Positions 38,271-47,177 of a stretch of 64,000 bases of DNA are shown here, in pieces. Made by a program: the position numbers and the translations under genes. Source of the stretch: Bacteroidota bacterium (lineage in GTDB: Bacteria > Bacteroidota > Bacteroidia > UKL13-3); NCBI GenBank assembly GCA_947492885.1, contig CANLPK010000002.1:9111-73110 (forward strand), read 5' to 3'. Numbering within the stretch: the first letter of the stretch is position 1; each line of letters starts with the position of its first letter. Under the pieces are notes generated by a model, which was not told the DNA's origin, searched no databases, and worked only from the letters and a program-made list of their open reading frames with translations.

Positions 38271-38645
38271 ATGATTCCAAGAGTAACAATTAGCAAAGAA
38301 GCTTCAGAGGTAGTAAGCCAGCTTAAAACTCGTTTCGGCGATTTGATGTTTCATCAAAGTGGTGGTTGCTGCGATGGCTCTCAACCCATGTGTTTTGAGA
38401 AAGGCGATTTCAAAGTAGGGAGCAGCGATGTTTGCCTCGGAACTATTGATGGCTGTGAGTTTTGGATGAGTAAGGACCAGTTTGAATATTGGCAATACAC
38501 CCAATTGCATATTCATGTTAGCGCAGGCAGAGGCTCCAGCTTCTCGCTCGAAATACCGATGGGATTGCGTTTCATGACGCATTCAAGACTCTTCACTGCG
38601 GAAGAGTTGCCCAATTTAGAACCCGTAAATTTTTTGGTGGATTAA
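38271..38645 (+). CDS. DUF779-family protein (conserved partner of acetaldehyde/aldehyde dehydrogenases)
   Basis: 124 aa. Hallmark HQSGGCCDGSQPMCF motif. Lies directly downstream of the ALDH gene. Confidence 0.7.
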   Translation: MIPRVTISKEASEVVSQLKTRFGDLMFHQSGGCCDGSQPMCFEKGDFKVGSSDVCLGTIDGCEFWMSKDQFEYWQYTQLHIHVSAGRGSSFSLEIPMGLRFMTHSRLFTAEELPNLEPVNFLVD

Positions 38646-39564
38646 TCCTTATTATTGAGTTGCTGATACTGCTTCGGCGTGATGCCTTCATGACTCTTAA
38701 ATGCACGAATGAAATAATTTGCATCATCAAATCCAACTTCGAATGAAATGTTTTTGATATAGCGGGTATCATCTTTTAAAAGTCGTTTCGATAATTTGAT
38801 TCGCTCACGTATAATAAATTCCACAGGACTAATTCCCAACTCTCTTTTAAACAATCGGTATAGTGAAGTAGTACTGATGCTTGCCTTACTGGCAATGGCT
38901 TTTAGCGTAAGCTTATCTGTGATGTGTAAACGGATGAATTGAATGATTTGTGCTAAGTAAGTATTGGTTTCGGGCGCTTCCGAACTAAGTTCTGTGAGAT
39001 TCTGTGATTGTGATATTCGAATTAAGAGTTCCTGTAATGCCAAGTCGGCTAGTACATCCTTGGTAACAAAATTGCTCTGACAAATATTAATCAGGTTGTT
39101 AATTGTAAGCGCCAACTCCGGATTATTATAAAAGAAATAGTTCCGCTCATCAAGTCTCCAGTAATTTTCAATCCCCTCTTTCGGATAGCGTGTATTCAAA
39201 AACTCGAGGGTATCAACAATTTTTTATTGTCAATCGCCAGTGCCAAACACTGGGTAGGATTGGAAAGCGCTGCTTCGGGAAAATCAATCTTCATCTCTAC
39301 ATTCGCTGGTATTAATACTGATTCGCCTGGCAAATAATCAAAGCCTGGCTTATCAAAAAGCCGCATCACCTTCTTGCCCTTGAGCATGCTCGTCACCACC
39401 AAATCATTGAACTTTAATGATACCAACTCCGATTTTTTATAGGTCTCGAAAAGATTTAATTCGCAAGCTTCCAAACTGAATACCGTGCGATTTTCAACCA
39501 ATGTTTTTAGTGAATTGACATGCGTTAATCCTGGAGAAGCTGGGATGATATTTGACTTAGCCAC
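38642..39564 (-). pseudogene. AraC/XylS-family transcriptional regulator split by a 1-nt frameshift
   Basis: N-terminal sensing domain is the 122-aa ORF 39196-39564. C-terminal double-HTH is the 185-aa ORF 38642-39199 (…TSLYRLFKRELGISPVEF…DDANYFIRAFKSHEGITPKQY). The ORFs overlap by 4 nt in different frames. Adding one base in the A6 run (39220-39225 on +) or in the T5/A5 run (39198-39202) joins them into a roughly 307-aa AraC. Confidence 0.6.
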
Positions 39565-39834
39565 AATACGAAAATCTAATTTTGAAATAAATTAAAACAG
39601 GTTTGTATATAATCGATTTTTACAAATGTAATGATTGTAGTAAATCATACAAGTTTTAAATTTAAATTTTATAGCACTTTTTAGCGCAAGAAGTTCAATT
39701 AATCTTGTGATAATAAATTGCCTTGAAAGTAAAGTGTGTAAGTGGTTTCAGCCTTTTTACAAGTTGCTAAAATTCAATTATTAAAGAGGGGCGACTAAAA
39801 GAAGAGCGAATCGTCCTTAATATTTCAAACGTAA

Positions 39835-41367
39835 TTACGGCATCAAGTTGCCATACATTCTTGGGAACGGAATGGCTTCACGCACATGTGGTAGTTTACA
39901 CACCCAAGTTACGATACGCTCCAAGCCCAATCCAAATCCTGCATGTGGCACGCTGCCAAAGCGGCGTAAATCTAAATACCATTCAAATATTTCCATGGGT
40001 AATCCATGTTCGTGAATTTTTTCAATCAATAAATCAAGGTCGGTTTCACGTTCTCCACCACCTACAATCTCTCCATAACCTTCAGGAGCCAAAACATCCA
40101 CTCCACGAGCGAATCGTGAATCGTTCGGATCGCGTTTCAAATAGAATGCTTTTACGGCGTGTGGCCAGTTATATACCATGATAGGCAAATCGAACAAGCG
40201 GGTAATTACCGTTTCATCGCTGCCTCCAAAATCGTTACCATACTCAAAATTCTTAGCCGATGCAATCCACATCGGTATATTGCGTTGTTGCTCTTCAAGG
40301 TCTTTCAACTCTTGCTTGAATCCATCAATCTTCGCCTGATTAAAATTAATCTCTCCTTGCTTTTTAATGACCCCTGTTTTAATTTTTTCGGTACGATCAT
40401 TAATCTCTGCATTCACTGCGATGATTCTTGCTTCAATCGATTTTAAATCATCTTCCAATGAAGTGATACTATTCTTCCCATTCACATCTTTTTCTCCTTT
40501 GATGATGGCTACCGCTTCATCGTATAATAATCGTGGAAACCCTTGATTCACGGTGTTTTCAAGCACTGTTACATCACGTTCAAGGATGGCTAGCTCTGCA
40601 CGGTTCTTTGCCAATACATCCTTACATACATGCTTCATCATGGCTTCGATACAATCCATATTCATGAAGATATCATAGAAAGCCATTTCAGGTTCCATCA
40701 TCCAAAACTCGCTCAAATGCCTGCGAGTCTTGCTTTTCTCAGCACGGAAAGTAGGGCCGAAAGTGTATATCTTACCCATCGCCATCGCCATCGCTTCACC
40801 GTATAATTGTCCGCTTTGCGATAAATACGCCTTGGTTTCTTTATCAAAATATTCAAGCTCGAATAAATTGCTAGTTCCTTCCGATGCATTGCCAGTAAAG
40901 ATTGGCGCATCCATTTGTACGAAACCCTCGTTTTGAAAATAAGTATGAATGCTATAGATAATGGTATTGCGTATTCGCATGATGGCCCATTGGCGCTGAC
41001 TTCTCAACCACAAGTGGCGGTTGGTCATCAAAAATTCGATACCATGTTCTTTTTTTGTGATGGGGTAATCAATAGCGATGCTAACGATATTCAAATCGCT
41101 TACCTGAATTTCTATACCGCCTACTTGGCGTTCATCGGCTTTCACTGTTCCCGTAAGTGTTAAGCTTGTTTCCTGAGTTAATTTTTTAGCGTTCTCAAAT
41201 ACTTCGGCGCTCACCAAATTCTCATCTACCACACATTGGCAGCGTCCAGTTCCATCACGTAAAATGATAAAAAACAATCCCTTACTACTGCGCTTATTGT
41301 CGGTCCATCCTTGCAACGTAACCGTCTGCCCAATATAATTTTGAAGTTTCTCAATGGTAGTAATCAT
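39835..41367 (-). CDS. asnS: Asparagine--tRNA ligase (class IIb) with a roughly 50-70-aa charged insertion in the catalytic domain
   Basis: 510 aa. OK-fold anticodon-binding N-terminus GWTDNKRSSKGLFFIILRDGTG. Motif 2 FRAEKSKTRRHLSEFWMMEPEMAF. Motif 3/C-terminus GFGLGLERIVTWVCKLPHVREAIPFPRMYGN. Confidence 0.85.
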   Translation of the reverse strand: MITTIEKLQNYIGQTVTLQGWTDNKRSSKGLFFIILRDGTGRCQCVVDENLVSAEVFENAKKLTQETSLTLTGTVKADERQVGGIEIQVSDLNIVSIAIDYPITKKEHGIEFLMTNRHLWLRSQRQWAIMRIRNTIIYSIHTYFQNEGFVQMDAPIFTGNASEGTSNLFELEYFDKETKAYLSQSGQLYGEAMAMAMGKIYTFGPTFRAEKSKTRRHLSEFWMMEPEMAFYDIFMNMDCIEAMMKHVCKDVLAKNRAELAILERDVTVLENTVNQGFPRLLYDEAVAIIKGEKDVNGKNSITSLEDDLKSIEARIIAVNAEINDRTEKIKTGVIKKQGEINFNQAKIDGFKQELKDLEEQQRNIPMWIASAKNFEYGNDFGGSDETVITRLFDLPIMVYNWPHAVKAFYLKRDPNDSRFARGVDVLAPEGYGEIVGGGERETDLDLLIEKIHEHGLPMEIFEWYLDLRRFGSVPHAGFGLGLERIVTWVCKLPHVREAIPFPRMYGNLMP

Positions 41368-41509
41368 AACAAATTCGAATAAGCCGCGAAGATAAATTAT
41401 TTTCCACTGAAATGAAGGGCTTTGAAAGCGGAGTAAAGAATAAAAAAAATATAGATATTTATCGAAGTTAGGACAGCTAAAAAAAATCTTTTGGAGCCAC
41501 TAGCTATAA

Positions 41510-44389
41510 TTATAATGCGAGTCGTGCCTTCAAGAACGGGGCAGTATAGCTTTCCTTACAATTTGCCAAATCTTCTGGAAGTCCCTCAAATACTAAGTTT
41601 CCGCCCGCATCACCACCTTCGGCTCCAAGGTCGATAATCCAGTCGGCACACTTAATAATATCAATATTATGTTCGATAACGATGATGCTATGTCCCTGAT
41701 GCAATAAGGCATTGAAGGAAGCCAACAGCTTGTTGATATCGTGAAAATGAAGCCCTGTCGTAGGCTCATCAAAGATGAAGAGTACGTGTTCAGAGGTTTG
41801 CGCCCCTTTGCCTAAAAAGGAAGCCAGCTTTACTCGTTGAGCTTCTCCACCGCTCAAGGTATTGCTGCTTTGTCCCAGTTGAACATAGCCTAAACCCACA
41901 TCTTGCAATGGTTTTATCTTGTTTAAAATAGATTTCTCTCCAGCAAAAAACACGATGGCTTCATCGATGGTAAGGCTCAGTACCTCAAAAATATTTTTAT
42001 TATTATAGGTTACATCTAGCACTTCGGGTTTGAAGCGCTGTCCTTTGCAGTCGTCGCATTGTAAATGCACATCGGCCATAAACTGCATCTCCACAGTTAT
42101 ATCACCTTCACCTTTACAATTATCACATCGGCCACCATCTACGTTAAAACTAAAATGTGCAGGAGTATAGCCCCTTGCCCTCGATGCAGCCTGATCGGAA
42201 TACAAAGAACGAATGGCATCATACGCTTTTACATAGGTCACCGGATTACTTCTCGATGATTTTCCTATAGGATTTTGATCCACCATCTCCACCTGAGTGA
42301 CGGTTTTTAAATCACCATGTAGTTCCGAATATCTACCAATAGTTTCGGGAGCCATGCCTTCCAATTGCTTCTTGAGCGCAGGATACAGGATGGTTTTTAC
42401 CAAGCTCGTTTTGCCACTTCCACTTACACCTGTTACCACGGTAAGGGTATGCAATGGGAATTTTACATTGATATTTTTTAGGTTATTTTCTTTGGCACAT
42501 CTCACTTCAATATAATTATTCCATTTGCGACGTATGCTGGGCACCTGAATTTTTTCACTGCCATTTAAATATTTAGCAGTGAGACTATCATTCTCTTTAA
42601 TGAGTTGTGCTGGCGTGCCTTGTGCTACTAAATAGCCGCCACCAACACCGGCCAATGGGCCAATATCAATGAGTTGATCGGCCGCTCTCATGATATCTTC
42701 TTCATGCTCCACCACTATCACGGTATTACCCAAATTGCGAAGCTTCATCAATACACTCAACAATTTTTGTGTATCCCTTGGGTGCAAACCAATACTTGGT
42801 TCATCTAAAATATATAAGGAGCCTACTAAACTACTTCCTAAGGAGGTCGCTAAATTAATTCGCTGACTTTCTCCTCCACTCAAGGTATTACTCAATCGGT
42901 TGAGGGTTAAATATCCCAATCCTACATCGTGTAAGAAGCTCAATCGGTTGGTTACTTCGGTAAGAATACGGGAGGCAATTTTGGTATCGTTGGCACTGAG
43001 TTTTATGTTTTTAAAATAATCCCAAGCCTTGTCAACACTCATCAAAACAATATCGGTGATGCTTTTTAACTGACTCAAATCTTTAATTTGAGAATCCTTC
43101 AAACGCACGTACTGCGCGTCTTTGCGAAGGCGTGTTCCTCTGCAATCTGGGCATGCCTTGCGCCCACGATAGCGACTGAGTAAAACACGATATTGTATTT
43201 TGTATAACTGACTTTCTACCTCTGCAAAAAAATCGTCGATGCCTGCGAAATGCTTGCATCCCTTCCATAGCATCGTTTTCTCCTCTTCATTCAGTTCGCT
43301 ATAAGAACGATGGATAGGAAAATCAGCCTTGTTGGCTCCTTTGATCACTTGGTCTTTCCAGCTGCTTAAAATATTACCACGCCAGCAAGCCACGGCATCA
43401 TCGAATACACTTTTTTGTGTATCAGGAATCACTAAGTGCTCATCAATTCCTAATACACTTCCAAAACCTTCGCAGGTTTTACAAGCACCATAGGGGTTAT
43501 TAAAACTAAAGAAGGCTACACTGGGTTGTTCAAACTGAATTCCATCGGCCTCAAATTTATTATTGAAATTTCTTTCAAAGGGTCCTTTCTTCTCATCTAA
43601 TATCTTTACATAACACGATCCTTCACCTTCAGCAAATGCCGTCTGTACAGAGTCGCTGATACGATTGGTATTTTCTTCATCATCGGCTTTAGCGGTCACA
43701 CGGTCGATGAGTAAGAATACATTTTCATAAAAGGGCGATTTGCTTTTCTGTTTTTTTAATGTGGCTTCAAAATGCTTGATACCACCTTCTTCAATGAGGT
43801 CATCAATACGTTTTGTTTCATCGTTTACAAGGAGGCGTGTAAATCCTCTTTGTTGAATCAATTGTATTTCCTGAGCGAAGGTTTTCTCTTCGTTCTTTTT
43901 TATTTTATTATAGATGAGGGCTTTGGTATCACTGGGGTAGGAGAGAATAAAATCAACTACATCGGTCACTGTTTCTGTCTTTACTTCGTCGCCACTCACC
44001 GGTGAGTAAGTCTTTCCTGCACGTGCAAAAAGGAGTTTCAGATAATCATAAATCTCGGTGCTTGTGCCTACGGTGCTTCGGGGATTGCGAGTATTTACTT
44101 TTTGCTCGATGGCAGTAGCCGGGGCTATTCCTTTGATATAATCTACTTCGGGCTTATTGAGTTTGCCCATAAACTGACGGGCATAGGCGCTTAAACTTTC
44201 AACATAACGTCGCTGTCCTTCGGCATAGATGGTATCGAATACCAGACTGCTTTTACCACTGCCACTCACACCTGTTACCACCACCAGTTTATTACGCGGG
44301 ATAGCAACATCAATATTCTTCAGATTGTGCATGCGGGCACCTTTCACAATCAGAAATTCCCGAGGGGATAAAGAATCGAATTCGCTCAT
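41510..44389 (-). CDS. uvrA: Excinuclease ABC subunit A
   Basis: 959 aa. Two ABC ATPase modules, each with a Walker A (GVSGSGKSS, GVSGSGKTS) and an LSGGE signature. Zinc-finger Cys clusters (CKTCEGFG, CDNCKGEG). Confidence 0.9.
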   Translation of the reverse strand: MSEFDSLSPREFLIVKGARMHNLKNIDVAIPRNKLVVVTGVSGSGKSSLVFDTIYAEGQRRYVESLSAYARQFMGKLNKPEVDYIKGIAPATAIEQKVNTRNPRSTVGTSTEIYDYLKLLFARAGKTYSPVSGDEVKTETVTDVVDFILSYPSDTKALIYNKIKKNEEKTFAQEIQLIQQRGFTRLLVNDETKRIDDLIEEGGIKHFEATLKKQKSKSPFYENVFLLIDRVTAKADDEENTNRISDSVQTAFAEGEGSCYVKILDEKKGPFERNFNNKFEADGIQFEQPSVAFFSFNNPYGACKTCEGFGSVLGIDEHLVIPDTQKSVFDDAVACWRGNILSSWKDQVIKGANKADFPIHRSYSELNEEEKTMLWKGCKHFAGIDDFFAEVESQLYKIQYRVLLSRYRGRKACPDCRGTRLRKDAQYVRLKDSQIKDLSQLKSITDIVLMSVDKAWDYFKNIKLSANDTKIASRILTEVTNRLSFLHDVGLGYLTLNRLSNTLSGGESQRINLATSLGSSLVGSLYILDEPSIGLHPRDTQKLLSVLMKLRNLGNTVIVVEHEEDIMRAADQLIDIGPLAGVGGGYLVAQGTPAQLIKENDSLTAKYLNGSEKIQVPSIRRKWNNYIEVRCAKENNLKNINVKFPLHTLTVVTGVSGSGKTSLVKTILYPALKKQLEGMAPETIGRYSELHGDLKTVTQVEMVDQNPIGKSSRSNPVTYVKAYDAIRSLYSDQAASRARGYTPAHFSFNVDGGRCDNCKGEGDITVEMQFMADVHLQCDDCKGQRFKPEVLDVTYNNKNIFEVLSLTIDEAIVFFAGEKSILNKIKPLQDVGLGYVQLGQSSNTLSGGEAQRVKLASFLGKGAQTSEHVLFIFDEPTTGLHFHDINKLLASFNALLHQGHSIIVIEHNIDIIKCADWIIDLGAEGGDAGGNLVFEGLPEDLANCKESYTAPFLKARLAL

Positions 44390-44549
44390 TTTTTAGGATG
44401 GCGAAGGTCGGGTTTTTTGATGAGAATTTGTGCTATTGATGAAAGATAGTTCCATCCGGAGGATCAAATAATTTTGACTGGAACCAATAGCTATAATTTA
44501 ATCCTAAATGTATATTTCTAAACACTAGGATATTGTCAGATATTAAGTA

Positions 44550-44690
44550 TTAATCAGCACGATGGATGATCACCTTCAGAACAGAATTTTCGGTGCGTAA
44601 AAAATAAATTCCATCTTCAATAAACTCAGGAAACTGAATGATGTTTTCTCCGCCTAACAAATTTGCTTGATATACCTGCTTCCCATGATA
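44550..44690 (-). pseudogene. Orphan remnant of a T9SS type-A C-terminal sorting domain, with no upstream gene body
   Basis: Minus-strand frame reads (stop)-IYHGKQVYQANLLGGENIIQFPEFIEDGIYFLRTENSVLKVIIHRAD-stop. This is the typical tail of a Por/T9SS CTD. It starts about 30 nt after the mutase gene stop, so there is no room for a protein body. Confidence 0.5.
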
Positions 44691-44720
44691 AATTTATAAA
44701 GGAAAAAAATCTTGAGAGAA

Positions 44721-46268
44721 CTAACTTCTATACTCTCCGAAGACTGTGCGCATCGCATCACAAATTTCGCCCAAAGTAGCATATTGTTCTACTGCATCAA
44801 CAATCAATGGCATCAGGTTATCAGTTCCCTGAGCAGCAGCAGTAATTTTAGCAAGGGCAACCTTCACTGTTTCATTATTACGCTGCTTCTTAAGTAATGT
44901 CAATTTATCTATTTGTGTCTGGCGAATGCTATCATCTACACGCAATAACGGTGTATCGTGATGTTCTTCGGCAGTAAATTTGTTTACTCCTACGATAATT
45001 TTCTCTCCGCTTTCAATCTCTTTTTGATAGGTATAAGATGCATTGGCAATCTCATTTTGAATATAACCACTCTCAGTAGCATCAACACTTCCACCCATGG
45101 CATCAATTTTTTCAATATAACGCCAAGCTTCTTTCTCCATCGTATTGGTAAGTTCTTCAATGAAGAAACTTCCTCCCATGGGGTCAACGGTATGTGTTAC
45201 ACCACTTTCATAAGCGATGAGTTGTTGGGTGCGCAATGCAATACTCGCCGCCGCTTCGGTAGGCAATGATAAAGCCTCATCAAAGCCATTGGTATGTAGT
45301 GATTGCGTGCCACCCAATACTGCAGCCATGGCTTGCAATGCAACGCGTATTATATTATTTTGTGGTTGTTGTGCTGTCAAGGTACTCCCTCCGGTTTGCG
45401 TGTGAAATCTTAGCATCATGGCCTTGGGGTTGGTCGCTCCCAGGTCTTTCATAATGCTTGCCCACATTCTACGGGCTGCTCTAAATTTAGCAATCTCTTC
45501 AAAGAAATCGTTATGCGCATTAAAGAAAAAGCTCAAACGCTCTCCAAATACATTAATGTCTAAACCCTTGGCAATAGCCGCTTGTGCGTATGCTTTCCCA
45601 TTACTAAGTGTGAATGCAATTTCTTGTACAGCAGTGCTTCCCGCTTCTCTAATATGATAACCACTAATGCTTATCGTATTCCATTTTGGAACTTCTGTAC
45701 TGCAAAATTCAAAAATATCGGTGATGATACGCATGCTCGCTTTGGGCGGATAGATATACGTTCCGCGGGCAGCATATTCTTTCAAAATATCGTTTTGAAT
45801 GGTTCCTGAAATCTTCTTTAAATCGGCGCCTTGCTTTTTAGCTAAGGCAATATACATGGCCAATAGCACCGATGCCGATGCGTTGATGGTCATGCTGGTG
45901 GTGATGTTTTCCAACTGTATTCCATCAAACAAAATCTCCATATCCTTCAATGAATCAATGGCTACTCCCACCTTTCCTACTTCTCCTTCACTCAATTCAT
46001 GGTCACTATCGTATCCAATTTGTGTAGGTAAGTCAAAGGCGACACTCAATCCTGTGGTTCCTTGTTGCAATAAGAAATGATAGCGTTTATTACTCTCTTC
46101 GGCGGTGCTGAATCCCGCATACTGACGCATGGTCCATAAGCGCCCACGATACATATTGGGTTGCACCCCACGGGTATATGGAAACTGCCCGGGCATTTCA
46201 TGCATCTCTGAAGCTTCATGATACACCTCCTTAATTTCAATTCCTGAATCGGTTTTAAACTTCGTCAT
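44721..46268 (-). CDS. Methylmalonyl-CoA mutase-family catalytic (large) subunit, (beta/alpha)8 substrate-binding domain only
   Basis: Start placed at [11 protein letters not shown] (internal ATG). The supplied ORF starts at an upstream TTG. Conserved acyl-CoA mutase blocks ...FPYTRG...MRQYAGF...GLSVAFD.... About 515 aa with no C-terminal B12-binding DxHxxG domain. Confidence 0.8.
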   Translation of the reverse strand: MTKFKTDSGIEIKEVYHEASEMHEMPGQFPYTRGVQPNMYRGRLWTMRQYAGFSTAEESNKRYHFLLQQGTTGLSVAFDLPTQIGYDSDHELSEGEVGKVGVAIDSLKDMEILFDGIQLENITTSMTINASASVLLAMYIALAKKQGADLKKISGTIQNDILKEYAARGTYIYPPKASMRIITDIFEFCSTEVPKWNTISISGYHIREAGSTAVQEIAFTLSNGKAYAQAAIAKGLDINVFGERLSFFFNAHNDFFEEIAKFRAARRMWASIMKDLGATNPKAMMLRFHTQTGGSTLTAQQPQNNIIRVALQAMAAVLGGTQSLHTNGFDEALSLPTEAAASIALRTQQLIAYESGVTHTVDPMGGSFFIEELTNTMEKEAWRYIEKIDAMGGSVDATESGYIQNEIANASYTYQKEIESGEKIIVGVNKFTAEEHHDTPLLRVDDSIRQTQIDKLTLLKKQRNNETVKVALAKITAAAQGTDNLMPLIVDAVEQYATLGEICDAMRTVFGEYRS

Positions 46269-46481
46269 AACAGGGCAAAAGTAAACTTTTTTACTCGGGC
46301 TATTTACCTTTCCAATCAAATTAACAGGCTTTGCAATTGAATTAGGAGGATGAAAAACCTCAACTTTTGTTGAAATTAGATTTTAGCCCATTTTCATTTA
46401 AAAATAACATTAAAATAATAAAATACTTTTATTCTAAGTATAATGCATTGAAAATCAATTTATTATAAAAAACATTATTCT

Positions 46482-46526
46482 CAATGGAAACATTTTTATA
46501 AAAATTCGTTTCCATTGTTTCCAATG
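46482..46526. promoter_or_regulatory. Candidate TetR operator. 10-bp perfect inverted repeat plus an adjacent third half-site, 25 nt upstream of the TetR start
   Basis: CAATGGAAAC-(16 nt AT-rich)-GTTTCCATTG, immediately followed by GTTTCCAATG. Lies between the divergent mutase gene and the TetR-efflux operon. Confidence 0.45.
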
Positions 46527-46550
46527 TGCTATATTTGCGCCCGTATTTAA

Positions 46551-47177
46551 ATGGACGAAGTAAAAAAGAAAATATTAACCGGTGCAATTGAAATGTACAT
46601 GAAGTATGGGGTGAAAAGCCTCACCATGGATGATATTGCCCGCGAACTAGCAATTTCCAAAAAAACCCTTTATCTGTATGTCGTTGATAAGGACGATTTG
46701 GTTAATCAAGCAGTATTAATGCATCTCAATTCGGAAGAAATGGAATGCAATAATGTGTTTGTTCAATCGGCCAACCCCATTGGCGAGATGATTGACTTGA
46801 TCAAATGGCAATTCAAAAACAATGGTCGCATGAATCAAAGTGCATTGTTCGATTTGAAGAAATACCATCCAGAAAGTTTTAAGGAATTTTTAGCCTTTAA
46901 GGACCGTGTTATCAAACCGCGATTGATGTCCAATATTAGAAAAGGAATAGAGGTGGAAGTATATCACGCCAATCTGAATGTAGAATTCACGGTTCAAGTG
47001 TATATGCATTTAATCGACTTTTCTTTTAACCAAAATGTTAGTGGCTTCAACAATATCGGCAAACTCATGTTCGAATTGGTGAAATACCATTTATTCTCAG
47101 TGACCTCAAACAAAGGCCGAAAAGTTTTAGAAAAAGAATTAGAAAAATTTAATACCGAATTACAGCAAATTTTATGA
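46551..47177 (+). CDS. TetR/AcrR-family transcriptional repressor
   Basis: 208 aa. N-terminal HTH KYGVKSLTMDDIARELAISKKTLYLYV. First gene of the efflux operon. Confidence 0.8.
   Translation: MDEVKKKILTGAIEMYMKYGVKSLTMDDIARELAISKKTLYLYVVDKDDLVNQAVLMHLNSEEMECNNVFVQSANPIGEMIDLIKWQFKNNGRMNQSALFDLKKYHPESFKEFLAFKDRVIKPRLMSNIRKGIEVEVYHANLNVEFTVQVYMHLIDFSFNQNVSGFNNIGKLMFELVKYHLFSVTSNKGRKVLEKELEKFNTELQQIL

Noticed and set aside
44958-46240. Cluster of 60-100-aa ORFs on both strands inside the acyl-CoA mutase gene
   Set aside because: All overlap the strongly conserved mutase reading frame. These are alternative-frame artefacts of a GC-richer gene.
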